In this document: in pieces, positions 1-11,593 of the stretch
Numbering within the stretch: position 1 is the first letter of the stretch
Layout of the letters: every line of letters begins with the position of its first letter
NCBI RefSeq assembly: GCF_000143415.4
Contig: NW_003314286.1
Coordinates: 635,766 to 699,765 of the forward strand
Origin: Selaginella moellendorffii
Lineage: Eukaryota > Plantae > Lycopodiophyta
Direction: 5' to 3'
DNA length: 64,000 nt
Program-made: the position numbers and the translations under genes
Notes under the pieces: model-generated
Told to the model about the DNA's origin: nothing
Seen by the model: only the letters and a program-made list of their open reading frames with translations
Database searches by the model: none

Positions 1-870
1 TAGTTGCCTCACATGAAATAGCTAGTCTACACAATGGAGGTGTTGGTGCCAAGGGACACAATGGAAGAATTGGTAGATTTAGTGCGGAAATGGAGGTGTT
101 GGTTCCCCTTGGCTCAGTAGATTCAGTGCGGAAATGGAGGTCCACCGTGGGACTGCGGTACAGGTGGATGACTAGTTGCCTCACATGAAATAGCTGGTCT
201 ACACAATGGAGGTGTTGGTACCAAGGGACACAATGGAAGAATTGGTAGATTCAGTGCGGAAATGAAGGTGTTGGTTCCCCTTGGCTCAGTAGATTCAGTG
301 CGGAAATGGAGGTCCACCGTGGGACTACGGTACAGGTGGATGACTAGTTGCCTCACATGAAATAGTTGGTCTACACAATGGAGGTGTTGGTACCAAGGGA
401 CACAATGGAAGAATTGGTAGATTTAGTGCGGAAATGGAGGTGTTGGTTCCCCTTGGCTCAGTAGATTCAGTGCGGAAATGGAGGTCCACCGTGGGACTGC
501 GGTACAGGTGGATGACTAATTGCCTCACATGGAATAGCTGGTCTACACAATGGAAGGATTGGTAGATTCAGTGCGAAAATGGAGATGTTGGTTCCCTTTG
601 GCTCAGTAGGGTGGCTCACATGGAATAGCTGGTCTACACAATGGAAGGATTGGTAGATTCAGTGCGGAAATGGAGATGCTGGTTCCCTTTGGCTTAGTAG
701 GGTGGCTCACATGGAATAGCTGGTCTACACAATGGAAGGATTGGTAGATTCAGTGCGAAAATGGAGGTGTTGGTGCCAAGGGACACAATAGAAGAATTGG
801 TAGATTTAGTGTGGAAATGGAGGTGTTGGTTCCCCTTGGCTCAGTAGGGTGGCTTATATGGGATGAGATT
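1..870. repeat. Tandem array: 172-bp units followed by ~90-bp derivative units; continues past the left window edge
   Basis: TAGTTGCCTCACATG(A/G)AATAG recurs at 1, 173, 345 and 517 (one mismatch at 517). From ~540 a ~90-bp unit (GGTCTACACAATGGAAGGATTGGTAGATTCAGTGCG...) repeats. The period is not a multiple of 3. Confidence 0.95.
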
Positions 871-1899
871 TGGATATAGTAGGGTTGCTCACATGGGATG
901 AGATTTGGATATACTGTCACCGTAGATCCTTGGAACCTTGGGGATAAATGGGGATAAAATAACCACTAAGGGCTCTCTTATCAAGCAATTGCCACTTTTC
1001 TAGTTGACTTAAGAAGAGAGAGATAAGGTGCATTACAAGTATAGAGTGAGTGAAAGGAAAAGAGTGAAAGGGAAAAAGAAGTTCTCTATCCACTTCTAAA
1101 TTACCTAAGTCACCCTACTTTACTATGTTAGTCTTAAACTTTGTCCTTTTGCTTTTTTTTGCTTTTGTATACAAATGTATTGTGGAATTTTTTTTTCATT
1201 GTTAAGCTAGTAATCTCTACTCATTAATCTTCATGGTTTGTTGGCAAAATTTATAGAATGGGGCAAGAAAAATATAGATGTTACTCTTAGAGAATCTACC
1301 CTTTATTTTCTTTTCCTCTAAGTCTTGCATTACTTGGAAAAAAATTCTATATACCATACCAAACAAGATTTTGAGGAAGGTTTGCTGCAAAAAAAGAAAT
1401 ATCTATCCAATATATCCTTTGATTTCTTTTTATAGAACTTCCCCATCAATGAAAGCACTCAAATATATAAGGGTTTATCTAGTATAAAGATGAATATTTT
1501 TTTAAGGGACATGTATTTTCCCTCTGTTCTAAATGAATAAATCCTTGTTTGAGTTTTTCAGAAAAGACTACTCCTTCTATCCAATTCCATTGATGTAGCT
1601 TTATAGGAAGATAGAAAAGTTTGAAAATAAGATCGTAAGTGATCTTAATATCCCTTCTATCCATTTTGAAAGTTAGTTTTACAAAATCCCATAATTGAAG
1701 AACTAATTTGCCTTCATGTGGTTTTACAAAGTTTGATATTACTTTGTAAAAAATTTTTAAACCCTTATTCTTCATTTAATTGGCCACTTTATTTATGCAC
1801 TTAGGTAGTTCATCATAATGAATCCCTGCAAGGGCTTCATCCATGAGCTTATCCATAGTTTTATATCCTAAGATATAGATAATATTTATGCTTATATCT

Positions 1900-3000
1900 T
1901 CATGATACTTTTTGAAACAGTTTAAATTTATTATTGCAGTATTATCCTCATTTAAAGTGTGCACTTCAGCCATTTTTGGAGCTGATATCTTAGACAAAAT
2001 AAATGCATTAGTTTATTTTCTCTCAAATTTATTTCCAAAAATATTTATTTTGTCTTGATACCAAAGGACTTTATCTCTTGGTTTACGCTCGCAAGAGATC
2101 TTCAATTGTCAGTCATGTTTAACCTTTTTAGCTTTTTGAATTGCATGTAGAGTCTAGATTGCTCTAAGATTAAGCTTATTTAAATTTTCTATTTTGGCAA
2201 GTTTTTACTTAAGAGCTTCTTTTTTGTTTAAGCCATTTTTAATTATAATATGCAAAGAAGGAATTATAAATTCCATAAGTATTAAAGTTTCCTGGCCATA
2301 GATGAAACAAAATGGTATCATGCATGTGGATACTTTATATGCAATTTTATAAACCCACAAAGCATTTAAGATTTTCTCATCCTAATTTTTTTTATTATCG
2401 AATAATGTAAAATATTCTTTTCCTATATTCTTTAGCCTTGACAATATGCACTTCCAGTGCTATAAATATGAGTTAGTGGAATACAACTAATTCATCTTTG
2501 TCTTCTTGGTATAAATCAATAGCATATAAGTTAGAACTTTAGATGAACTTTAACTTTGCAATTTTTCCCATTTGTCGATTAGTGGTGTGTTCATATTGGT
2601 TCTATTAAGACTTTACACTCTTCAGATGTTCCATCCTCCAAATATTTGGTTTGATGTCAACAATTGTGTACCATCCAAATTTTGGAGAGTATGATTTAGA
2701 TTGTATTTTGTAGCATTACAATATACATATGTTGAATCTTTTGTAAAGACACAACAGTATTTAGATCTATTTTATGATTATCAAGTCATTTCAATTACAA
2801 ATTTTATCTTTCTGAATGATAATTATGCACATCTATATGCTAATGCTGGTATAGGGCTGAATTGCCCTTGCCAGACCACCACATTATCAACAAAGTGATC
2901 TAGTGCTAGTGAAATTTCTTGCTAATTTATTGACCTGATCAATGGATTGCACCATATTATTATTATATGTTTATAGGGTCATTAGCACCCGACCACAAAC
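1900..3000 (-). mobile_element. Decayed Ty3/gypsy (Athila/Tat-like) pol relic, integrase C-terminus and GPY/F module
   Basis: Minus strand ~2390-2250 reads KN*DEKILNALWVYKIAYKVSTCMIPFCFIYGQETLILMEFIIPSL (cf. DWDxKLxDALWAYRTAYKxxxGMTPFxLxYG). ~2085-1900 reads KPRDKVLWYQDKINIFGNKFERK*TNAF...INLNCFKKYHE (cf. KPGDKVLL...GKLxxRWxGPF...VNxxRLKxY). Many stops, AT-rich. Confidence 0.8.
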
Positions 3001-3415
3001 TTCAATAATGATAATCTGCCCTAACCTCACTCCCACTTTGAATGAGTTGGGTGGATGTGATTAACACATGTGGTATGTGTTTTCAGCCATTATACTTAGA
3101 AGAGGGTAAATATTAACTGTTAATCAGTTAAAATAACTATAAGTCTCAAGATTTCTTATAAATAATATTAAACAAGGTTAAAACTACTTAATTTATTTCT
3201 TCACTAAATATAATTAGGATTTAATCTTAACTTTGTATTGTTTTTATAATATGTAAGATATATATGTATTTTCAAATCTCTCATATTTATTTTTATTGTG
3301 CAGTTTCTTTATAGGATATAATATCAAGAAACAATTATTTTATTATGGACAATAAAAAACAAAACTATCATGGTTTAGAATCTTCAATTATTTTTGTCTT
3401 TAACCTCTTCTTTTT

Positions 3416-3901
3416 TTATCTACCACAAAATACCATGTTCCCATTGATATTAGAAAGGTAAGGATTAAGGTCCACTCTGTTATTGTTCCAAGAACCGTCT
3501 TCTCTCTTGCATGACACAATCAAAACTCCTAAAGGTGTTATATAAGTCCCAGAACAAGTTCTTAGAAAGAGTGCTCCTGGAACAATTGTCCCATCCTTGT
3601 TGCCAAGGTATGGGTTGAGTGAAATGCAGCCTGAAGAATCAAGGCCTGAGTCAGTCTTGCAAATATACTGAAGTTGCCTTGGTAGATTGTGCCACTCCAG
3701 CTTAGTACATGAAGTAGTAATGCCGCCACATTGTTCTTGAAGGATTCTCCCACTTGTTTTCTGATGGTGTAAGATCTCATTGTCTGCTGCTACGTAGATC
3801 ACACCAAGGAAAATGTAAAGATGTTTTGCAAAACATAAGAATTGCTGTCTTACTAAAAATTGTATGAAATTCAGGAGGATTATTGTTGTGATAATTGACA
3901 T
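3416..3901 (-). CDS. Cyanovirin-N homolog (CVNH) lectin with hydrophobic N-terminus, probably secreted
   Basis: Two CVN-type half repeats: ...TTSC...ICKTDSG...CISLNPYLGNKDG and FLRTC...LIVSCKREDGSW...VDLNPYLSNINGNMVF, matching the CV-N motifs IDLNSVIENVDG and INLDDHIANIDG. First ATG at 3901; a 5' intron is possible. Confidence 0.85.
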   Translation of the reverse strand: MSIITTIILLNFIQFLVRQQFLCFAKHLYIFLGVIYVAADNEILHHQKTSGRILQEQCGGITTSCTKLEWHNLPRQLQYICKTDSGLDSSGCISLNPYLGNKDGTIVPGALFLRTCSGTYITPLGVLIVSCKREDGSWNNNRVDLNPYLSNINGNMVFCGR

Positions 3902-4062
3902 GCTCAGATTTTTACAAGAGCAATAGCACAATACTTCTAATAGGAAAACTCGAAACTTCTTATGCGAAGCGAAAGATTGTATTAAACGTTAAAGACACGG
4001 CTTGATCATTCTTTTGTCAGGGTTCAAATCTCGTGCGCATTTGTTTTTTCGGGTTAGGGTTT

Positions 4063-7000
4063 ATGGCAGAGATGGAGGTCGCCGAGGCGCCCGAAGAGAA
4101 TGTAGATATAGCGTTCAGGGCGATCGGTGGAGGCGTGTCGCTCCTGCCGCCTGGCGCGAAGGCTAGCTCTGATTATCATCCAGCGCGAGCGCTTGCAGTG
4201 TCCAATCACTTCGGCTTGACGTTCTTCGCCGCACCAGCAGGTACGATCGATCATTCTCGCGAAATCTAAATACATCCACTGTAGGTTTTGGAGTCGTGAG
4301 GACGGCGGACGTTCTGGAGCTCTCAAGCGGACCCAAGCCTGCTTCTGTGAGTGAGAAATGCTTGGCGAGCGTGGAGCTGGAGAAAGTTTCGATTTTGGAG
4401 CTTTCAAAGGATGAGCTCACGCTTGCTGTGTGTGCCGGCTTCGCTGTTCGATTCTATCGAGTGCCTTCTCTGGCACTCAAGGTTCGGTTTACATTGTCAT
4501 TTTATTGTAGATTGTATGCTTTTTTCTAGGCCGACACTAGACCGTTCGAGATCCGCGACATCGGCAACGATGCGTTGATCAAGGATTTTCAGTGGTGTGG
4601 TTTGGACCAAGACAAAAACAAATATCTTGTCTTGACTTCCACAGGAAAGCTTCTCGTCGGAAAAATCGGAGAAGAGCCTACATCCATGAAGGACAATGTT
4701 TCTGCTGGTGCGTAGATTTATCTTCGTTCATGTTATTGCATTTCACTTATTCTTTCTGCAGCTTGTTGGAGTCAGTTTGGCAAACAGATCATGTGTGCTA
4801 CAAGCACGAAGCTAACGATTGCGTCGTCTGATTTTGCCAAGAGTTTTGTCATCAATCTCCCAGTTGAATTTCCTGGGTGCGAGGAAGGACTGGAAACTCA
4901 TGGTACGCGTCTTATCAAAAACTCGTCTGCTGCTGATGCTTTTATGCTCGTTCTAGTTGATGCTTTACGCTGGATTTCGCCACAAAGCATAGTAATTAGC
5001 TACGTCCAGTCGGAGGACGATGAAGAAATTGCCTGTCCGCTGCTTGTGCTTTCAGCGTCCCATGGACAACAACTAGATGAGGTTATTATTTCAATTAGCG
5101 AGCTTCGAATACTGACTTGTTTATGTGGACGATTTGCAGGCATGCACGGAGTGTTCTGCTTTAGCGGTTACTCGAAGATTTCCTGCGATTGAATCTACTA
5201 TTATCCCACCCATGAACAGTCCGTATATGCTTGTGCAGAACCTAGAACCATGGTATGATATACATATTCTCGGTGTTTTTATTAAGTCTTTTTTCCAGGA
5301 AAATCGTGTTGACAACTTGTAGAAGGTCCATCGATGCACATGTTGGCCTTCTAGGCTGGCGGTCCGAAGGTGTTTGCAGTCTTTATTTGTCAGATGATTT
5401 GTGGAGAGCTGACATCCCCATGTTTGGTAAGTAGACATGTTTAGTATAGACAGTTCTTATGGAGTATATCTTTGTAGATTCTTCGAGTGACAATGCCTTA
5501 ACTGGACTGGCGATTGATCGAACTTCATTGTTAAAACAGCCTGATCCAAGAAATCCAGAAAAACTTCTTCCCCCAAGTCCGGTAATGTTATGCACGTCAC
5601 TTGACTCTCGGCTTCTGCTATATTCGGTCCTGAGGTGATTGCCAATGATTATTGTTTATTTGTCATTTTTTATATGTTATTTTTCAGGTTGGATGGTGAG
5701 AGTTGGTATAGCCCTGGCCTAATCACGATTCCATCTAGCCTTGAGGAGTGGGCATCGAAGTCTCCCGATCCTAAGGTGTGTGGCTTTTTTTTGGAATGAA
5801 TGTGTATGGCCGATTTATGTTTTAGGTGGATGCCGAAAAAAATACTGTAACACCAGCTCCGGCAACAGTTGTACGTGTGGAGCCTAAGGTTACGAAAACT
5901 GTTACCACCATCAATGGCATTCAACCAAGGACGTTTTCTGCATCAAAAACTGTGAACGAGCAGTTGCGTAAAACTCAGCTGGATCTTAATCAAAAGGAGA
6001 AAGAACCGTCTTTACCTCAAGATGGAGCATCAAAAATTCCTGTCCAGAGTCAGCCATTATTGTTTAAAAGGGAAGACGCTCCTTCTCATGAGGTTGAGAA
6101 ACGTTCCTCACGATCACAAGGAGTTTCCGAAATAGAAGCAGGGTTTTTGGCAGAAATGGATAAGGTACTTGAACTTGTGCCTTTTATACTTTAATGTTTG
6201 TTTCTGCAGGTGAAGAAAATCGCTGATGATATTGATGGATTTATGCATATTATCGAGATAGATTCTCTTGGATCCGGTTTAACAAGGTCTGGAGTAGACA
6301 AGCTGGAAAGCGAAATTATAGCCGTTTCAGCGCGATGCCGTAGTTTTAAGGTAACCTTCCAGGATGTTCAGTGTGATGCTTACATTCTTTAAACTCCAGC
6401 AAAAACTGCAAGAGCATTGTGAGTTTGTTGAAGAGCTTCGGGATCAAAGCCTTGATGGTATTACTGTCCTTTATTACAAGTAACAATTTGAGCTGGAAAT
6501 TTTAGTTGACGCATGGAGAATTTACGTGGAAAGCCGAGTGGAACAAGCATCTGATAGCCGATATCAGGACCTCTGGGTTCACCGCAAGCTTCACCCGGAA
6601 ATGGACATCAAGCGAAAGCACGTTATCAATGCAGATGAGGTACATACTACTCGTTCCCATGCCTCTTCTTAACCATGGTTTGTTTAGACATTGAAAAGAC
6701 AAATTTCTGATCTCGAGTCTCATCTTCATACACTTGAAATAAGTCGACGCCAGAATATGTCTTCAAAACAGCGGTCTACTGCTGGGTATGAATGAATTTG
6801 TCAAGGAATTCGGGTCTAATTTTTTGTATGTGGCACAGAGACTTCCAATCCGTTCAAAATCTCTACAGCACAGTAAACTTTCAAATGGAAGCAGCTGATA
6901 AGCTATGTGTACATCTCGCGGACTTGATGGAATCGATGAATATATCGTCAAGCGTTACTTCCTTAAGGCCACGGAAAATGCAGCCGTCTTTATTGCAGAC

Positions 7001-9076
7001 AAAGCCACCGCAGACTAAAGCCGAGAGTGTTTTTTCTACGCCATCCAAGTCTATCTTGAGTGATGACTTCGCGCCGGCGGAAAGCACAAGAAGGCGAAGA
7101 GATTCCTTGGATAGCGTAAGCATTATTGCGTTTCTTTCGTTTCCTACTCTTTTGCTCCTTACACTTTACAGGGTATTGGAGCAACGAAAACCACGATCAA
7201 AAGGATGGTTGGGGTGGTCAATAACCGGAAGGCTAAACTGCTTGAATCAACCTCCAATGCTCTCCAAACGATGAAGCCGCAGTCAACTTTGAAGCAGCCA
7301 AGTGTTACAGAAGAGAAAACTCTCGTACTAGCACCTGCAGCGACATCTTTGGATACGACCAGGCCTTCGTTTTCTTCCAGGACGGATATCATTTCACAGA
7401 GTTCTTCGCCTCCTTTTGGTGACTGGGGTTTAACATCGCAGCCGTTACCGCCGTCCTCTAATGCTTCAGCACTCAAGGTTCCCGATATTTCAAGAGCTTC
7501 TACGAATGTTATTCGTCCCGCGTCAGCTTTTATCGCCCCGGCCTCAATCACGAAAACGTCAAGCATCACCACTCAAGCGACACCACCATCAGCGTGGCTG
7601 CCATCTTTGGAGTTGAAGGCTGCAGCGGCTGTTGTGTCCTCCGGACCTTTGGAAGTGAAAGCCACATCTTCCACAGTGCAGGCTACACCAGCAACTTCCA
7701 CATCTTTGGAGCTGAAGCGTACCGCATCTCCCACATTTTCAGATCTGAAAGCAACACCGATCACATCATCTCCCACGTTCAGTGTTTCTACAAGGTTAGG
7801 CGCTCCGTCACCGTCATTATTCCAGCCGTTGCAGTCGAAGCCATCGACCAGTGAACAAGCGCAGTCACAACCGAAGATTTCCGCTGCACCTATAGCAGCG
7901 ACATGTAGCGTCTCCAGCGGTTCCTCCCAGTTGGTTGTAAGCTCGTCGACCTCGGCTACTCTTCTACCTGCAGCTCCACGTACTACATCAGTAGTGAAGC
8001 CAGCAGCTTTCAGCTTCTCGGTATCATCGTCTCCCGCTACTGCATTATCGTTTGCATCGTCCTCAGCCGCTACGTCCACGCTGAGCATGATGTCGGCTAC
8101 AACAAAAGTCCCTTCCAGCGGTTACAGCAGCTCGCCGCCACAATCTACTAGTCAGCTGACTGTTTCCTCTAGTCCGCCATCTACGACTTCGAAGCCCGAT
8201 ATATTCGCGTCACCATTTCCAAACGTTCCGGCGGCCAGCGGCCCTTCTCCAGTTTCTTCGCCTTTTCCGGCTTTGCTTCAATCGCAGCAGCAGCAGACTA
8301 CTCAAGCCGTGCGACCACCACCGGATGAAGATGACATGGACGAAGAGGCCCCCTCGAGTGCATTCTCGGGCTTTGGTAATCTCGGCCTGGGCTCGGCGTT
8401 GCCTTCAGCGCCAACCGGGAATCCATTTGGCGTAACGCCGAGTCCGCAGGCCACCCCGTTCGGAGGACTGAGCGCACCACCACCTGGTCAGCTGTTCAGG
8501 CCGGCTGCATTTTCCTTGAGCTCTCCGGGAACAGGCTTTACGTCATCGCCAGAAGGCGGTGCGTTCTCCAACCGGCCTGCCGCGGCTCCTAGTGGATTTG
8601 GTCAGGCTGCTTCGAGCGGCTTCGGACAGCCTGCTGGGAGCGCGCTGGGCAGTGCACTGGGTGCATTCGGACAGACGAGACAAGTGGGATTTGGTGGTCC
8701 AGTGTCGGGTGCAGCTGGTTTCGCAAGTGCTTCGCCGGGTGGTGGTTTCGCTTCTGCGGCAACCGGTGGTGGTTTTGCCAGTGCTACGTCGGGTGCTGGT
8801 TTTGCGGCCGCGGCATCGGGTGGTGGCTTTGCCGGTGCAGCAACAGGTAAATGTCTTCTACTGTTTTTTTTTATTTTGGAAGCAATCGACTGAATGGGCA
8901 TTACAGGTAGTGGATTTCAATCGCTTGGTCAGAACATTAGCAGCGGAGGCTTTGGGGGCTTTGCTGGAAGTAATGCGGCGACACCTGGATTTGGCTCTGT
9001 ACAACCGCCTGGTGGATTTCTCCCGGGTGCTGCGCAACCGCCGAATAATCCACTTTTCACAGCGATGAGAAAGTGA
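4063..9076 (+). CDS. NUP214: Nucleoporin NUP214 (LNO1) ortholog, multi-exon
   Basis: N-terminal propeller-like start (ALAVSNHFGLTFFAAP), coiled-coil exons, long S/T/P-rich exon, FG/GGGFAS repeats, ALGSALGAFGQTRQVG, and C-terminus LFTAMRK (plant Nup214 ends LFTQMRK). Confidence 0.92.
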
Positions 9077-9383
9077 TGTCGTTAAGCAAGGTTTGGGTGT
9101 TAAGTTTTGTTTTTCGATCGGAAGTAAGAATCTTTGATCTTGACAGGGTTGTAGCTTTTGTTTTTACGAGCATTCGTTGGAGATTTTCCAGCTGATACAA
9201 GGTATATTCCTCTTTTTTCTTCCGTAACGCACACTAGCCAGTCGAAAGAGGTTCCTTTTGTTTGTTTTCTCCTCTAGTCGCTTGACGAAATGTGTTAGCG
9301 ATTTTTTTTAAACATGCAGGAAATGGTATTTGTGTGATCCACAAATTTTAGCTGCAAGTCGATCTGGTTTCGTGGCGTTCAAG

Positions 9384-9909
9384 ATGAGCTCGGAGCAGAG
9401 GGAGGAGCATGGTTCCCGTGCTGCTGCATCAGATTCACAGCCAGTGTCAGCTGAGTACATTCTTCAAGTAAGAATTCCGCAGCCCCGTGCGTGTGATTTG
9501 TCTCGGCTCTTCCTTCCTGCAGGTGCAAAGTTTGATAGAGCAGTGTCTATTGCTCAACATGAACTGCGACGAATGCGTAGACGCGCTGTCCACGCACTCC
9601 AACGTGAAGCCCGTTGTCACACTCACAGGCAAGCAAATCTTTTTTTTTTTTTTTAACTAGCAGTTGCCTCGAGCTGTTTGTCATTTTTCTTTAAATTCGT
9701 TTTCAGTCCCGACTTAAAGGAAGTTTGTGATCCCTGCAGTGTGGAACGAACTCAAGAAAGAGAACAAGAGCTTCTTCACGGCCTACGAGAAGCACCAAGA
9801 GACCGGCAAGCACTGCCGAGCGCTGATGGAGGAAATGAGAAAGCTGCTTGTGGTCGCAAAGCCAAATATGATGACGAGCAAGCGAACAAAAGAACAAAAG
9901 GGCTCTTGA
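9384..9909 (+). CDS. Plant-specific TIGR01589 / A_thal_3526 domain protein, 3 exons
   Basis: Spliced frame gives ILQVQSLIEQCLLLNMNCDECVDALSTHSNVKPVVTLTVWNELKKENKSFFTAY. Introns 9468-9522 (GT-AG) and 9629-9739 (GC-AG). Confidence 0.85.
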
Positions 9910-10771
9910 GGAAGAGAAGAAGAATGGCACGCTATATGTACTACAACGCTGGAGAGGAGCTCTTGTCCCTCTCATACAACGCACACACACAGAAGGTTTG
10001 TCGAAACTCTTGCCTTGTCTTGGCTTGGCCGTTCTACTTAACGGCGTGGATGTTTGAGTATTTCATTGTCTCGGCAAGGACGAAAGACCTATCTCTTCAT
10101 ACCTCGCCTCGCCTTTGCCACCACAAATATCTTACCACCACACGTTTCTCTCTGCTTTTTTTTTTTTTTGCCTCTTTCTCTTTTTCAGCTCGTCTTTCGC
10201 TGTGACGCTTGCTTGTACACAAAGTGTAAGAGGCTGGGTTCACTGAATTGTCCGCCAAGTCTTTTCGCAGCACTACGAAATAGAGCCAGAGAGTTCTTCT
10301 CGGATTGTGACTTGAAGTTTTATTTGCGTTTGAGTTTGTGGAGTTGATGATGTTACCTTAAGACAAAGCGTGGATTTTGAGAGAGAAAACTTGGCAGGTG
10401 TTTTTGAGCACTCGAAAACAAAAAGGATTTTGTTTTGTTTCATTTTTTGCGCTCAGCAGAAGATTGTCCTGTATAGATACAAAGGGGTGCGAATTATCAA
10501 AGACACTTTTGAGTGGTCAGGTTTGGAGCAACTGGTAGGCTCATACGAATGAGTTGATTGATTGGTACTCCACACCCAAATGAAAGGATGGGTATCTTTC
10601 ACATTTTTGCACGCCGACATAAACTGAAAACATGTACCGAGCTTATTTAACGTTAACCATTAGTTTAGTGCATCTAAAACGTGCTATTTCGAGTTAATCA
10701 TCAGTTTAGCGTATCTAAAAGGTTCCAGGCTATAAATAAGCTCCATCCCTTTAGGGTTATCCGAGCGACAT

Positions 10772-11476
10772 ATGGCGAAGAAAAGTGGCTCAGGTAATGG
10801 TGCGGTAGTGGTGAAGAAGCGGCGCGCGAGAAACGAGAGGGCTTGCCAGCTCACGGCACAGCAACTGAGGGAGCAAAACTTGGACAAGATGTGGGAGCCT
10901 CACGAGCTTCCGGACAACGTGCACCAGTGCCCACGCTGCCAATCTTACAACACGCGGTTTGATTACTACAACAACGAGAAGCGTGACCAGCCGCGCTTCG
11001 CTTGTAGGGCATGCAAGAAACAGTGGACCCAGGGCGGCAAGATAAGGGCGGCATCCAGTGGTGGACGTAAAAGGAAAGGCAAAGCTTCGAGCAGCAGCAG
11101 CGATGGAGGAGGCAGCATGGATAAGAAGAGAGCCGAGCAGAGTCTGGTGGGCAAATTCGCTGGAGAACCATCTCAAACTCCGTGGCAACTAGATGGTGAA
11201 GATATGCAAACGATTTGCTACTGGGGGCAACCTCAAGAGCTTGGTGGTAATACTAGTGCGCCAGTAGTTGGCGGAGACGAGCAAAACAACTTCTGGTTGC
11301 AACCTGGTGGTGGCGGAGACAACTTCTGGAGGCAACCTCAAGAGATTGGTGGTGCGCTGCAAGTTGGCGGAGATGTGCAAAAAAACTTGGAGCAGCTTGG
11401 TGGTGATTCGACTGTGCACGGATATGTGGAAGACAACTTCTGGGACAACTTCAAGAGTTTGATGACGTCGATATAG
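10772..11476 (+). CDS. Divergent Dof-type C2C2 zinc-finger transcription factor, intronless
   Basis: CPRCQSYNTRFDYYNNEKRDQPRFACRACKKQWTQGGKIR has Dof CX2CX21CX2C spacing. Basic NLS-like stretches; TATAAATA ~40 bp upstream of the ATG. Confidence 0.88.
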   Translation: MAKKSGSGNGAVVVKKRRARNERACQLTAQQLREQNLDKMWEPHELPDNVHQCPRCQSYNTRFDYYNNEKRDQPRFACRACKKQWTQGGKIRAASSGGRKRKGKASSSSSDGGGSMDKKRAEQSLVGKFAGEPSQTPWQLDGEDMQTICYWGQPQELGGNTSAPVVGGDEQNNFWLQPGGGGDNFWRQPQEIGGALQVGGDVQKNLEQLGGDSTVHGYVEDNFWDNFKSLMTSI

Positions 11477-11593
11477 ACATTGAGAGCTTTGGGAGATCCA
11501 TGCCAGGGATACTATCTTGCTAATTCATCGAAAAGGAGAAAATCCTTAGACCTTTTTGCCATGAAAAATGCTTGTACAAAACTAGTCATTGTA

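Noticed and set aside
123-528. Two near-identical Pro-rich ORFs, and a possible CRISPR-like look to the array
   Set aside because: They are products of the 172-bp repeat, whose period is not divisible by 3. There are no unique spacers or cas genes, and the context is eukaryotic.
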